Of a stretch of DNA of 64,000 bases, positions 19,857 to 30,049 are shown piece by piece (position 1 is the stretch's first letter; every line of letters starts with the position of its first letter). The notes under the pieces were generated by a model. The model ran no database searches, was not told where the DNA came from, and worked only from the letters and a program-made list of their open reading frames with translations. The position numbers were made by a program, and so were the translations under genes. The DNA is from Cyanobacteria bacterium auto_48_18. Lineage in GTDB: Bacteria; Cyanobacteriota; Vampirovibrionia; Obscuribacterales; Obscuribacteraceae. The DNA is taken from positions 32,001 to 96,000 of the forward strand of contig JAVHQC010000029.1 in NCBI GenBank assembly GCA_036170915.1. Direction: 5' to 3'.

Positions 19857-20636
19857 ATGCGATGGCTTCTTGAGTTATTGCACACTATTTCTTACGTCAC
19901 CATTGTTCCGCTGGCAAAATTTGTTGATGCTAATGCAGAGCCCATTGGACTGGCCAAATATTTGCCCACAGTGGGTGCGTTGATTGGTTTGTTTCTGGCC
20001 ATTTCTTATCTCGGCCTGCAGGCGATTTCTGTGCCGCCTCTACTATGCGCCACCATCATCGTGGTGCTATGGCTTGTAATCACCGGCGCATTGCACTTTG
20101 ATGGCCTGATGGATACCGCTGACGGTTTGTGTTCACATCAAAGTTTAGAGCGCATGCTTGAAATTATGCATGATCCACGGGTGGGAAACTTTGGCGTGAT
20201 TGTCGGTGTTTGTACAATTGCTTTAAAAATCGCTGCCTTGTCGACTTTGATTGTTGCAGTGCCTTCCCTAATGGTGCTTCTCTTGTTGCTGAGCCCATCG
20301 TTTGCGCGCCTGGCCGAAACCTGGGCCATTGGACACTATCGATATGCGCGTGAGACCGGTAAAGGGAAAGTGTGGCATGAAAGTACGAAGTTTCCACATG
20401 ATTTTTTGTGGGCAATTGTTGTGCCTGCGGGTTTGCTTTTAACGGCTGTTTTTAAAGGTAATTCTTCTACTTTGCTTTTGCTTTTCACTGGTATCACAGT
20501 GACAATTGGCTGGCTTATGGCGGCGTGGTTGAATCGAGTTTTAAGCGGTCACACCGGTGACACATATGGAGCGGTGGTGGAGTTAAGCGAAACCTTACCG
20601 CTGGTAGCTTTTGCTTTGTTTGTCAGTGGAAGATAA
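19857..20636 (+). CDS. cobS: Adenosylcobinamide-GDP ribazoletransferase (cobalamin synthase)
   Basis: Multi-TM protein with TGALHFDGLMDTADG, IMHDPRVGNFG and GHTGDTYGA. Confidence 0.93.
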   Translation: MRWLLELLHTISYVTIVPLAKFVDANAEPIGLAKYLPTVGALIGLFLAISYLGLQAISVPPLLCATIIVVLWLVITGALHFDGLMDTADGLCSHQSLERMLEIMHDPRVGNFGVIVGVCTIALKIAALSTLIVAVPSLMVLLLLLSPSFARLAETWAIGHYRYARETGKGKVWHESTKFPHDFLWAIVVPAGLLLTAVFKGNSSTLLLLFTGITVTIGWLMAAWLNRVLSGHTGDTYGAVVELSETLPLVAFALFVSGR

Positions 20637-20641
20637 AGATT

Positions 20642-20708
20642 AAACCGGATGACTGTCGGTTTTGAAAACTGAAGCGTGCACGGTTAACTTTAGACAAAAA
20701 CTTAACCG
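20642..20708. terminator. Hairpins between the convergent cobS and macroglobulin genes
   Basis: AAACCG...CGGTTT and CGGTTAA...TTAACCG inverted repeats in the 79-bp gap. Confidence 0.45.
20665..20685. repeat. 21-bp imperfect direct repeat, left copy
   Basis: AAAACTGAAGCGTGCACGGTT matches 27003-27023 at 19 of 21 positions. Confidence 0.75.
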
Positions 20709-20715
20709 GGTGACC

Positions 20716-23700
20716 TTATTCAATAATCACGGTCTCAGTTTTTGTGCGACCAAATGTCTCGCTCTGATACATCTCTTCCACTTTAGTTGGCGGCACGGTA
20801 AAGCGCCCCGGAGTAGTGGCTTGAATCGTATATGTGTAATCGTACTCACCAGCGGGCAAGAGTGAAGTGAAAACTTCAGCTTGATGATCGCGCAGGTTGT
20901 CGTGCTCGTACCATGGCCGCCACCACCAGCATCGTTCAAATAAAGGCTTCTGAACTTCACCTGGGTTTTCAGCCTGCCAGTCGTGAGTCGGCACGGTAGT
21001 GCGAGTGCCAAGCAAAGCCGCATTAACCGGCTCTGCACCAGCAGGTAATGGATCTGCCAGAGCGACGTGATAACGGGCACCAATATTTTTGAAATGCAAT
21101 TTAACCTTAACAGAAGCTCCAGATTTGAAGTGCCAGATGCCGTCACCGTCTTGTCGAACATCACTTTGAGAATCTATGGGAAGATAATTGCGAGTGACAC
21201 TGAAGCCTTGATCCATGGCCTTGAGGTTGAGATTCTTCGGCACATAATCAAGGGCCAGGCGATAGTACAAACGACCTTGGCCCTGTTTATTGATCAATAT
21301 TTCACTGGCAGTATTTTTGAGCAGGTAATCCATGGGAACCCGTGTAAGTCTACTTATAGTCGTGCGTCCGGCAAATTTGTGATTTGCCAGAAGTGTATTG
21401 CCCAGCCATGTTTGAGCGATGAAATCAGGCACTTGCTTTTCATAAGTATTGAAATAGCGATCAAGTGTTTGCAGAATATATCCGTTTTCTTGTGTGCCCT
21501 CCCAGGCACCATTTTTGCGATGGGCCAAAAGGCCTTTAACAAATTTTGGAATTAAATCACTGGTGGGCTGGTCTTCCATCAATGCTTCCAGCACGGCTGC
21601 GTCAGTTCTCCGTGGGCTGGCAAAGATAAGATAGTTCCACTCAACGCCGTAGCCACCATTATCATTTGCAGAAGCGGTAGACGCAGTTTCTTTGATTTGA
21701 CTTTGAATCAGGTCTCTAAGCGCTTTAGCATCAGCGCTATATTTTTCGTCTTTATCTAATATCACGAGCAACCATGAGGCAACTTCAACAGTGACATAAT
21801 CTTTCAAACGGTCAGCGGGGAGCGAGGCAAACTGCTCTTTTTTAGAGCGATAGCTACCAAGCGCGAGTGACCGTACGAGTAGAGACTTAGCAGCGTCTGC
21901 ATCATTATCTTTGGCTAAGTGCCTGACATTGAGAGCTCGAGCTAGAACCGCAATACGCATCCCTTCACAATAATATGAAGGCAGATACTGTTCGATATTC
22001 TTTAAAAACTCAAGGGCGCGTGTGGCCACATTGTCATTGACTTTATAGTCTTTCGACTTTGCCAGATGCAGGGCGCGAGTGACTTGAATTGATACATACG
22101 GCCATTCGGTGCTTTCGGCGGCTGACCAGAGACCGAAGCCGCCTTCATTACCTTGGCGCTTCTCTAGTGTATCTATGTCAGCTTTGACAATGGTTTTAAA
22201 ACGCTCTTGCTCGTCGCCTTTTAAGATACCAAACGCAGTGAGCGTATCTTGCAAAGCCAGCATGGCAATTAAGCGTGATGAAATTTGCTCTGAACACGAA
22301 TACGGATAATCACGCAAATAGATGTAAGCGTCGGTCAATGACTGCACAGCCGTACTGCTGGTCTCAATTGATAGGCCCCCGAGCTCAGGGAATACATCTT
22401 TTGGTGTGTCTAATTTTTGTACCGCTATGCCTTTGTCGACCACACCGTAGGCGGCAAAAGTTTCGGAACTAGCAGGCACTAAAACCGGCAAACTAAACTC
22501 GGCAGCGTCAGAATATTCGCCTGAAACTGCAGCGCACTGAAACTGCGCTTTACCAAAACCGGTGGCCACAGTGGAAAATCTCACTTCTACTCTATCATTG
22601 GCAGGCACTGTCACGGTCTTACCGCTCTCTAGAATCTGAGCATTATCTGCACGCATGGCAATCTGTGCTTGCAATGGCTTATCGGTCTGATTCTGAATTA
22701 CAACAGGCAGTTCACAACGATCAGCCAGTTGCAAAAATCTTGGTGGTGAGGGCTTGACCATCATCGGCATTTTTGTGGTGACGATTGATTCGGCTGAACC
22801 AAATTGCTCATTTCCAGCCACAGCCAGAGCCATGACGCGATAGCGCGTCACGCTGTCCGGCAAAGTGAAGTTCACTTCTGCTTTGCCATTGGCGTCAGTT
22901 GTGAGTGCCGCTTTGAAAACGGCCAGGGCAGAGAAATTCTGGCGTAGAACAATACTAGGCACTCTAGCACCATCACCATCAGGAATTGGAGCACCTTCAG
23001 GCAATGTTGGTGAAGTCTTTTGATGACGTTCGGCACGACCACTGGAGAAATGCCGTTCGTCTACCACAGAGGGCTCAAACGAAAACATATTCATGTCGCG
23101 AGGACCAGATGCTGGTGCAGCTCCGGCAAGGCTTGCGCCCTTTAACCTCAATGATTTAAATGGCATCGGCTCGCGTTGCTGTTTAGAATCAGGTTGCTCA
23201 CCGGCCTTCAAAACAACATACTGCCGACTATGACTGTCTATTATGGATGGCAAAACACGCGGATAGAAAAACTCCATGGGATCTTGCCATCTGTAATTGG
23301 TCAAAGCGAGGACGGCCTCATCAACCACAGCTAAGGCCACTTGTGCATTTTCCACAGCGTGCCCGGCAGCGTCTTTGAGCTCCAAATTTATAGTGCTAGA
23401 TTTGCCCGGCGCACTCTCAGCTTTAAGTGGAGTGGCAGTCAAAGCCAGCCTTCTTGCTTTTGGTGGTACCAACAACGTGACACTGCCAGAGCCAAAACTT
23501 GAACTGTCGCCGGCCAGATAAACTTCAACGCGCACGTCCGGGTAATAATCTTCTGTAATTGGAATGTCGATAGTCTTACTTGGTCCATTCAGCACAATTG
23601 GAGTGTTCGAGATATTTCTATTTCTCGTAATAATCAAGGCCCCTTTGCCTGGTCCAAAAGTGCTCTCAATGGCAATTTTGGCCACGTCGCCCGGCTGATA

Positions 23701-26700
23701 TTCAGCCTTATCTGCAGTTAGTTTGAGAGATTGAATTCCAGCCAACATCGTGTTGGTTTTCTTTTGCGGCAAAGCAATAGACGAACTATCTGAGCAGCTA
23801 TTAGAGCGACCGCTGGCATCTTTTATACGGGCTGTGCAAGCAAATGAGACTGATGTTTTCGCCGGCGAAAAACGCAATTCGGCTGGCGCATCGCCAATAG
23901 AAAGATACTCAGTTCTACTTTTGCTTTCGCCGTTTACGTCCGACTCTTTTATCTCTAGCTCTACTTTTGTGCCGCTTCTTATTTTTCCGTCTAGATCGGT
24001 GGCCACTACATTCAGTGTCACCGGTTCATCTTTAAGATATTGAGATTTATCTTTCTTTATACCAACGTAGGTGTCAGCAGGATGCACCAGTAAAGCTGCA
24101 GAACTGGTCCATTGTTGGCGATTAACGTCTACTACTGTGGCCTGGCATTGATACGACATTGGCACAGGTTTCGGTGTAGAGATAAACTTGAGGGCAATGG
24201 TGTCATTTCCCTGCGAATCAGATTGCCCTGTTAGTGTTTTCTGACCATTGGTGATTGGCTGATTTCTGCGTAACCGACCTCGCTCGGCATACCAACTATA
24301 CAAATCAAAACCACTGCCAAAATTGTATCCACTCCAACCTGGGGGTGCATAGCTAGCCACTGATGGTGTCACCACCCAGTTCACCGGAGCATTCGCAAGT
24401 GCTCCACCAATCAAGTAATTGGCTGACGAACTAACGGTCGTACTGTCACCTAAAACCAGAGCGGTACTTTTAGCGGCTGTCACCTTCATTTCAAATTCAG
24501 GTCGACGAAATTCTTGAATAGTGATTGGCAAAACTGTTGAAATTTCGCCAAGAGATTGGTGGGGATAATATCTGCGACCGTGGCGGCCACCCATAAATGT
24601 GTTTGGCGAAGTTTTAGGGCTAGAGCGCAAAACTGAGTGGTCATCGGCTTCATCGGCAGGTTTGGTGATTGTCATTCCTACTTGCGCTTGACCAAGCTGA
24701 AGCTTTTCTGGCAGATTGATCTGGTAAGAAAAACCTCCCATTTTGTCTACGCCACTTTCACCACTAACCACTTTTACACCAGTGGCATCGGTGACTTGAT
24801 AGTATATTTTTTCGTAATCAGGTGCCTTTAAACTGAGGCGGCCAGTTTCTGTATAGTCAGCCTTACGCAACCATCCTTTGACAATCACCTGTTCGCCTGG
24901 CTTATACAAGTTTCGATCACATACGGTGTACCAGCGCACCGAATTCGCTATCTCATTGATGTGCCAGCTGCCACCATAGGCATTGGGAGAAAGCACCGCA
25001 CTATCGGCACCTTTGCTGCCAATTAAGACATGGTGGTGATTTGGACTTTTGACCAGTGGCAACTGTGCCTGACCATCTTTGTCGGAAATGACTGTTTCAG
25101 TTTGCTCGTGCAACTTCAGCTCAACGCCCGATAGGGGGGTGGCATCATTTAAATTGGTAGCCAGAATTTCTAGATTGCGGCTATCGAAGGCGTCGAGACC
25201 AATGTCTGTTACTTGAATCCAAGATCTGGTTAGATGATGCTGCTGGCCCTCAACAACCGGCAGCAAATCAGCGCGCACCATCAAATGACCATACTTATTT
25301 TCTAAATATGGTTTTAAATCTATCTCCAACTGACGGCCGTTCTCGCCAATATCATAAGTTTTCGAATGCACTAGTTGCCCGATAGTATCAGGCTCTCGAT
25401 GATAGCCAATTTGCCGGTAGGCGAAATTGTCGGTGGCTTGCACGCGCCTGATTTCTACCTTAACGGTAGGTGCACCTTGCACCCAGGCTGAATAGTGGGG
25501 AGCGCGATCGGATGTGTAAGTTTTAAATGGTTGATCCGGTCTGATCAAATAGGGTAATGCTTCTGTTTTGATTTCAGCAGTGGTATCACGTTCAAGTGTT
25601 TGACCAAATTTATCTTTTAAGTTTTTGTTGAGCGTGACTTTATAAGCTTTTAGCGGCTTAAAGTTGCCGGATAGATAGAGATTTTTTCCCGCAGGAGAAA
25701 TTTGCAAACGCTCTACTTCAGGGCTAACAGTGACCAGTTCAGCTAGCTTGATTTTCGCATCAAGTTGGTTAGAGAACTCGAGGTGCGCTGAGCCATTCTC
25801 ACCAGAACTTCCAATAATCTGATTTTCCAGAAGTTTGAAAGCCTCATGCACTTTAAATTGGTACGACTCATTACTGTCACTGAGCAGCGGCCCTTCTTCT
25901 GAAGGCAAACCCTTTTCAAATTCCACGGTCATCTGCGCGCCTTTTGGCAAAGCGGCAGTAGGCTCAAATGCCAGCCAATATTTTGTTGCTTCAAAAGGAA
26001 TCAGCGCTTTTATTTCTGCGTCTCTGGCTTGCAGCTGATTTTTTGAAAGCAAGCGAACAGGATAAATTTTGGTACCAGATTTCAACTGAGTTTTATCTAG
26101 AATTTTTTTCGCATCAACCGCCTGATTGAATTGGGCAATGATTACAGGTGTGGTGCTCTGGTCGCCATATTGGCCATCCTGCTGCGGTGGATAGAGATTC
26201 GTTACTTTTACCGGAGGAGTTGTGATCACATAGCTGACTGCTTTTTCTACAGCATTGCCGGTAACCGATTTGGCGGTGGCAGGCACACTGACAATATATT
26301 TGGTGGCTTTCGGAAACCGACCGCCCTCAGGGGTGAAAAGCAGAGTTTGCGGACCAGCCCACTTCCAATCGCCTTTTGGTTGCGGCGTGAGCGTGACAAA
26401 CTGATCTGGTTTAACTGCTTCGAGATGCACTAAGGCAGTGAGCGGCTGTGAAAACGAAATAGCAAACTGCTCAATTACATCATTAAGCCCTTCAGCACTT
26501 ACTCTTGATACTTTGAGTGGGGCATCGCTTTTCCACTCAGTTTTTTTTGGAGTGGTGGGGCTCACAGCTGCTACTTTAGGCGGAAAAGTTTCAACTACCT
26601 GGGTGCCCGGTACAGGTGGACGTATTAGAGAATCTTGCGGCAGCACTAATTTTTGCTCGGCAGGCGCCTGCAGTGTTTTTAATTTGCCAAGTATGGTCTC

Positions 26701-26937
26701 AACTCTTTCTTGCGGCAGAGGGGTAGTGACCGGCAGCGGCAAAGCGGTGACAATTTTCTTCTCGGCATTTGAGTCAACTTCGGTAACTGTGTACGAAAGT
26801 TGTAAAGCATCCTCGGCTTCGGCGGCGAAAGCCACGGTGATTAGCGCTGGGCCACTGCCGCTGATAATCAGCAAAGCGGTCAAGCAAAGAGACAACAACC
26901 TCAAGACCAGCGAACGTGGTCTTCTATTTGAAATCAT
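20716..26937 (-). CDS. Bacterial alpha-2-macroglobulin family protein
   Basis: 2073 aa with an N-terminal signal/TM and Ig-like domains (FSQP, FNQAVD). Also DRNLYKPGE, EFRRPEF, AVVDEAVL, LPDSVTRYRV, thioester motif YPYSCSEQ, and terminal TTPGRFTVPPTKVEEMY. Confidence 0.93.
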   Translation of the reverse strand: MISNRRPRSLVLRLLSLCLTALLIISGSGPALITVAFAAEAEDALQLSYTVTEVDSNAEKKIVTALPLPVTTPLPQERVETILGKLKTLQAPAEQKLVLPQDSLIRPPVPGTQVVETFPPKVAAVSPTTPKKTEWKSDAPLKVSRVSAEGLNDVIEQFAISFSQPLTALVHLEAVKPDQFVTLTPQPKGDWKWAGPQTLLFTPEGGRFPKATKYIVSVPATAKSVTGNAVEKAVSYVITTPPVKVTNLYPPQQDGQYGDQSTTPVIIAQFNQAVDAKKILDKTQLKSGTKIYPVRLLSKNQLQARDAEIKALIPFEATKYWLAFEPTAALPKGAQMTVEFEKGLPSEEGPLLSDSNESYQFKVHEAFKLLENQIIGSSGENGSAHLEFSNQLDAKIKLAELVTVSPEVERLQISPAGKNLYLSGNFKPLKAYKVTLNKNLKDKFGQTLERDTTAEIKTEALPYLIRPDQPFKTYTSDRAPHYSAWVQGAPTVKVEIRRVQATDNFAYRQIGYHREPDTIGQLVHSKTYDIGENGRQLEIDLKPYLENKYGHLMVRADLLPVVEGQQHHLTRSWIQVTDIGLDAFDSRNLEILATNLNDATPLSGVELKLHEQTETVISDKDGQAQLPLVKSPNHHHVLIGSKGADSAVLSPNAYGGSWHINEIANSVRWYTVCDRNLYKPGEQVIVKGWLRKADYTETGRLSLKAPDYEKIYYQVTDATGVKVVSGESGVDKMGGFSYQINLPEKLQLGQAQVGMTITKPADEADDHSVLRSSPKTSPNTFMGGRHGRRYYPHQSLGEISTVLPITIQEFRRPEFEMKVTAAKSTALVLGDSTTVSSSANYLIGGALANAPVNWVVTPSVASYAPPGWSGYNFGSGFDLYSWYAERGRLRRNQPITNGQKTLTGQSDSQGNDTIALKFISTPKPVPMSYQCQATVVDVNRQQWTSSAALLVHPADTYVGIKKDKSQYLKDEPVTLNVVATDLDGKIRSGTKVELEIKESDVNGESKSRTEYLSIGDAPAELRFSPAKTSVSFACTARIKDASGRSNSCSDSSSIALPQKKTNTMLAGIQSLKLTADKAEYQPGDVAKIAIESTFGPGKGALIITRNRNISNTPIVLNGPSKTIDIPITEDYYPDVRVEVYLAGDSSSFGSGSVTLLVPPKARRLALTATPLKAESAPGKSSTINLELKDAAGHAVENAQVALAVVDEAVLALTNYRWQDPMEFFYPRVLPSIIDSHSRQYVVLKAGEQPDSKQQREPMPFKSLRLKGASLAGAAPASGPRDMNMFSFEPSVVDERHFSSGRAERHQKTSPTLPEGAPIPDGDGARVPSIVLRQNFSALAVFKAALTTDANGKAEVNFTLPDSVTRYRVMALAVAGNEQFGSAESIVTTKMPMMVKPSPPRFLQLADRCELPVVIQNQTDKPLQAQIAMRADNAQILESGKTVTVPANDRVEVRFSTVATGFGKAQFQCAAVSGEYSDAAEFSLPVLVPASSETFAAYGVVDKGIAVQKLDTPKDVFPELGGLSIETSSTAVQSLTDAYIYLRDYPYSCSEQISSRLIAMLALQDTLTAFGILKGDEQERFKTIVKADIDTLEKRQGNEGGFGLWSAAESTEWPYVSIQVTRALHLAKSKDYKVNDNVATRALEFLKNIEQYLPSYYCEGMRIAVLARALNVRHLAKDNDADAAKSLLVRSLALGSYRSKKEQFASLPADRLKDYVTVEVASWLLVILDKDEKYSADAKALRDLIQSQIKETASTASANDNGGYGVEWNYLIFASPRRTDAAVLEALMEDQPTSDLIPKFVKGLLAHRKNGAWEGTQENGYILQTLDRYFNTYEKQVPDFIAQTWLGNTLLANHKFAGRTTISRLTRVPMDYLLKNTASEILINKQGQGRLYYRLALDYVPKNLNLKAMDQGFSVTRNYLPIDSQSDVRQDGDGIWHFKSGASVKVKLHFKNIGARYHVALADPLPAGAEPVNAALLGTRTTVPTHDWQAENPGEVQKPLFERCWWWRPWYEHDNLRDHQAEVFTSLLPAGEYDYTYTIQATTPGRFTVPPTKVEEMYQSETFGRTKTETVIIE

Positions 26938-27002
26938 GCGAACTCCCGGAGGTATGCGATTGGCATATTCTAGCCCTAAACTGAAAGGACCTAAGGGTTC
27001 TC

Positions 27003-27028
27003 AAAACTGAAACGTGCACGTTTCAGTT
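27003..27028. repeat. 24-bp perfect palindrome overlapping the right copy of the 21-bp direct repeat
   Basis: AACTGAAACGTG|CACGTTTCAGTT (27005-27028) lies in the divergent promoter gap between the macroglobulin and GT87-like genes. Confidence 0.85.
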
Positions 27029-27047
27029 CTGAAATGAACTAGAACGG

Positions 27048-28340
27048 GTGGTACCATGGATTTTTCAACTGGAGCTGCCTTTGTCACTCTTCTCAAAATT
27101 GATGACTATACTGGCAGTCTTTCTGGCGCTTTTACCCAGCTACATCGTTCTGGTTCAGCCGGTATTAATGCAAGCCGGCGACTTTCTTATTACTTTTTAT
27201 CCAGCGGGCAAATTAGCGCAAATCGGTCGCATAGCCGATATTTACACGCCGGCAAATATGACGACGTTTATCAACGCGCCCTTTGACAAGTTTACTCACG
27301 AGACATTTCCGGCCATTGCAAAAAGCTATGTGGCCATTTATATGTACAGCCCACTAATTGCTCTGTTCTTTGCCCCTTTTAGTTTGCTTCAGGCGCAGGC
27401 TTCACTGATTCTCTGGCAATTTATCAATATCGCAGCGGCGGTATATTGTGCCTCGCTTTTTGCCAGGCCTAATTTAAAAAAGAAAATCCAGGATCTTTCG
27501 GTGATTTTCTTGTTCTGTCCGATTTTTCACACTTTGCTAATTGGACAGCTTGGAATTTTGTTCGGATTATTGCCGCTAACGCTGGCATACAAATTTTTGC
27601 TGCAGCGAAAAGAATTTTTAGCCGGACTTGTGTTCGGCACTCTTTATATGAAACCGCAATTTTTACCCTGCGCCCTGCTCGTTTGCGGTGCACTCTTCTT
27701 CATTAAAAGACCTAAAGCCACTTTAGGGTTGTTGTGTGGCATGGTGGCCATGGCACTACTGACAGTGGCACTAACGGGCAGTGATATGTTAATTGCATTT
27801 TGGCAAAGTATCAAAATGTCCGATACCTGCTATTCGTGCGCCGGATACAGACCAGCCTCCACAATTATCACTTGCCTGCCCGCTGTAATTTTGCAATTTT
27901 TCGATTTCAATGCTCGCGAAGGGGTCAAAATTTATGCATATGGCGCAGCCGCCTTAATTGGCTTGGGTGCTTTGCTTTATTGTGTTCAAATGTGGCGCAA
28001 GCTGCCTCATGAACAAGCCACGGCCCTCACATTCTTAATTGGTCTTTTTGTCTTGCCGCTAGTGGTACCACACTTCCTTTTTTATGATCTTTGCGGTCTG
28101 GCAATGATGGCTTTTATGATTAATACAAATGTCTTTAAGCCGGCAGTGAGCGCCAGGCTGCACCCACTGCGCCGGGCGCTCTGGTGCATCTGCAATCTCT
28201 ACTATGTGGGCTTCTCATTCTTCCCTGTAGTTTTACTCGGGCCCTGGTATCCGCTAATTCTTGTTATATTACTGACAGCGCTACTGGTCCTAATATTGAA
28301 AGTGCAAAATCAGCAGCAGACAGTGACAGGTGACCTGTGA
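27048..28340 (+). CDS. GT87/DUF2029-like polytopic glycosyltransferase (GT-C fold)
   Basis: GDF..FY, YMYSPL, LLIGQ, KPQF and PHFLFYD motifs within about 10 TM helices. Confidence 0.75.
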   Translation: MVPWIFQLELPLSLFSKLMTILAVFLALLPSYIVLVQPVLMQAGDFLITFYPAGKLAQIGRIADIYTPANMTTFINAPFDKFTHETFPAIAKSYVAIYMYSPLIALFFAPFSLLQAQASLILWQFINIAAAVYCASLFARPNLKKKIQDLSVIFLFCPIFHTLLIGQLGILFGLLPLTLAYKFLLQRKEFLAGLVFGTLYMKPQFLPCALLVCGALFFIKRPKATLGLLCGMVAMALLTVALTGSDMLIAFWQSIKMSDTCYSCAGYRPASTIITCLPAVILQFFDFNAREGVKIYAYGAAALIGLGALLYCVQMWRKLPHEQATALTFLIGLFVLPLVVPHFLFYDLCGLAMMAFMINTNVFKPAVSARLHPLRRALWCICNLYYVGFSFFPVVLLGPWYPLILVILLTALLVLILKVQNQQQTVTGDL

Positions 28341-28885
28341 GCAAGTTCAAAAAAGAAAAAGCGACCAGTCCTGAGCGCCTGGTCTTGGCGCTGATTGAAA
28401 ATGGTCATTTTGAAGAATCACTTCTGTTGCTTGACCAGTGGGCAGACAAAACCGACATCATCTATTTATATGCTCGGGCATTAGCTCTATTCGCTACAGG
28501 TAGCAGAACTGCCGAAGCCAACGAGACTTTGCATGCAGCCTTTAGCCAAAATAATTATGTGCTTCCTTTGATGGTTGAGAAAATCAATAAAGTTAGCGAA
28601 AGTAGCAAAGATAGCAAGGATAGCAAAGATACCGAGGCGAAAAGCAAAAAACAAAAGCACACAGCTAGAGCTATGATGCCGAAAGAAAGCCTGTCCCAAA
28701 GCAAGGCCAGAAAATATATAGAATTATGGTTTGGCAGTTGGTTGCAGACGGAATCTGCTTTTGACTGGTTGGGCAATCAGTTTGTGGAATATACCAGAGC
28801 AAGCAAACTGGAAAAACTCAAAGCCAAACAAGAAGAAATGCTCAAGAACATGAAAATTCTTGACGCTGATTTTTTCCTCAATTAA
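28337..28885 (+). CDS. Hypothetical helical protein
   Basis: GTGA overlap with the upstream gene. Has a TPR-like segment and an SKD repeat. Confidence 0.7.
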   Translation: MSKFKKEKATSPERLVLALIENGHFEESLLLLDQWADKTDIIYLYARALALFATGSRTAEANETLHAAFSQNNYVLPLMVEKINKVSESSKDSKDSKDTEAKSKKQKHTARAMMPKESLSQSKARKYIELWFGSWLQTESAFDWLGNQFVEYTRASKLEKLKAKQEEMLKNMKILDADFFLN

Positions 28886-29867
28886 GCGTTTTGAGAAATT
28901 GCTCGCGTACTTCTTTCAGCGCTGCCTTCATAACATTCTGATCGGTAAAGGCCGCGTCGATATCTGCCTTCGTGGCATGATTTAAATCAACCAGAATTTC
29001 GCCCAGCATCTTTTTATTGCCAGATTTTTGTAGCGCCATTGCTTCTGAAATGTGCTCTTCAGTAATTTTTCCGCCTGATTTCAAAAACTGACCTAACTGA
29101 GGCACAAATTTGAACTGCAAATCGCCACCGGCCAACTTGGTCAGATGACTTTCATCAAGCACAGTAATTTTCATGCCACCAATATTAGTGGCTTCTTTCA
29201 AGGCCGGATTCAAAATGAGCAAACGTTCGGCTTCAGCCGTCACCGCTGCTTCGGTAAAGCGTTCTCCAGTGGTGGCTCCACGTGCTTTAAGGGCACTGGT
29301 CGCCACTTGCGTCACAGTGTGACCTTCTTCAACGATCATCTGTTTCGGCAGTTTGAATAAATCGTCCAGGCCGCCAGCATATTTTTTGCCGACTTCGCTG
29401 AGCGCCTCAGGAGTGACCAGTGACTTTCCTTTTTCCACCATTGGCCGTACAACGTCTGGAATAATCGCGCCTTCTACCGTCTTGCGCTGTAGAGCAGGTG
29501 CTTCGAACACTACCTTCGCTGAGACTTCGCCAGCTTCATGAGCACCGGAGACCACAAGTTTTTCAGCCGCTAGCTTTTCAGCAGCTAATTTCTCAGCTGA
29601 ACCGCCCATCGCAGTTCTAGTTGCTGCAATTTCACTCTGAGCCAAACCGGTTTTGCCACGTAAGGCCGCGGCGGTTGCAACGATTAACACTCCGCCTATG
29701 ACTGCGCTTTCAGCGGGACAAGCTTTTACAAATGACACGGCTTCGTTTGCCACGTTCTTTGTTTTGCGCGTGATGTCACTGCAGGCTTGGTCAAACCAAT
29801 CGGCAGAAACGATTTCAGGCTTTGCTGGTTGATCATTTTGCTTATGGATTTCAGTAGGCATTGGCAT
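28878..29867 (-). CDS. Hypothetical protein with a TM segment, LysM-like region and C-terminal MshEN-like domain
   Basis: Hydrophobic AVIGGVLIVATAAAL; IVEEGHTVTQVA...LLILNPAL...IGGMKITV; QLGQFLKSGGKITEEHISEAMALQ...MLGEILVDL. Confidence 0.65.
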   Translation of the reverse strand: MPMPTEIHKQNDQPAKPEIVSADWFDQACSDITRKTKNVANEAVSFVKACPAESAVIGGVLIVATAAALRGKTGLAQSEIAATRTAMGGSAEKLAAEKLAAEKLVVSGAHEAGEVSAKVVFEAPALQRKTVEGAIIPDVVRPMVEKGKSLVTPEALSEVGKKYAGGLDDLFKLPKQMIVEEGHTVTQVATSALKARGATTGERFTEAAVTAEAERLLILNPALKEATNIGGMKITVLDESHLTKLAGGDLQFKFVPQLGQFLKSGGKITEEHISEAMALQKSGNKKMLGEILVDLNHATKADIDAAFTDQNVMKAALKEVREQFLKTLN

Positions 29868-29991
29868 AGGGGTGTTTTCTCGGCAGGGGTGTCTACAAAA
29901 AGGAATGGTAGCTTGCCAAGAGGTGTTCGTCATCCGTAAAACTACGCAAGCAAAAATGACATTTAGATTTTATTGGGCTAGAAGGCTCTAG

Positions 29992-30017
29992 GGAACTATT
30001 GCCCGCACTGACAGTCT
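29992..30017 (+). promoter_or_regulatory. Possible ECF-type promoter (GGAAC-N16-AGTC)
   Basis: GGAACtattgcccgcactgacAGTCT lies about 33 bp upstream of ATG 30050. Confidence 0.3.
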
Positions 30018-30049
30018 CTGCCAACGAAATACTGTGGAGTAAGTGTCTT

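Noticed and set aside
26438..27010. Long antisense ORFs (also 45776-46345, 59922-60473, 30097-30585)
   Set aside because: They lie opposite well-supported genes and have no motifs of their own.
27003..27028. Integron attC site (AAC...GTT palindrome)
   Set aside because: It is too short, has no extrahelical bases or RYYYAAC/GTTRRRY boxes, and there is no integrase in the window.
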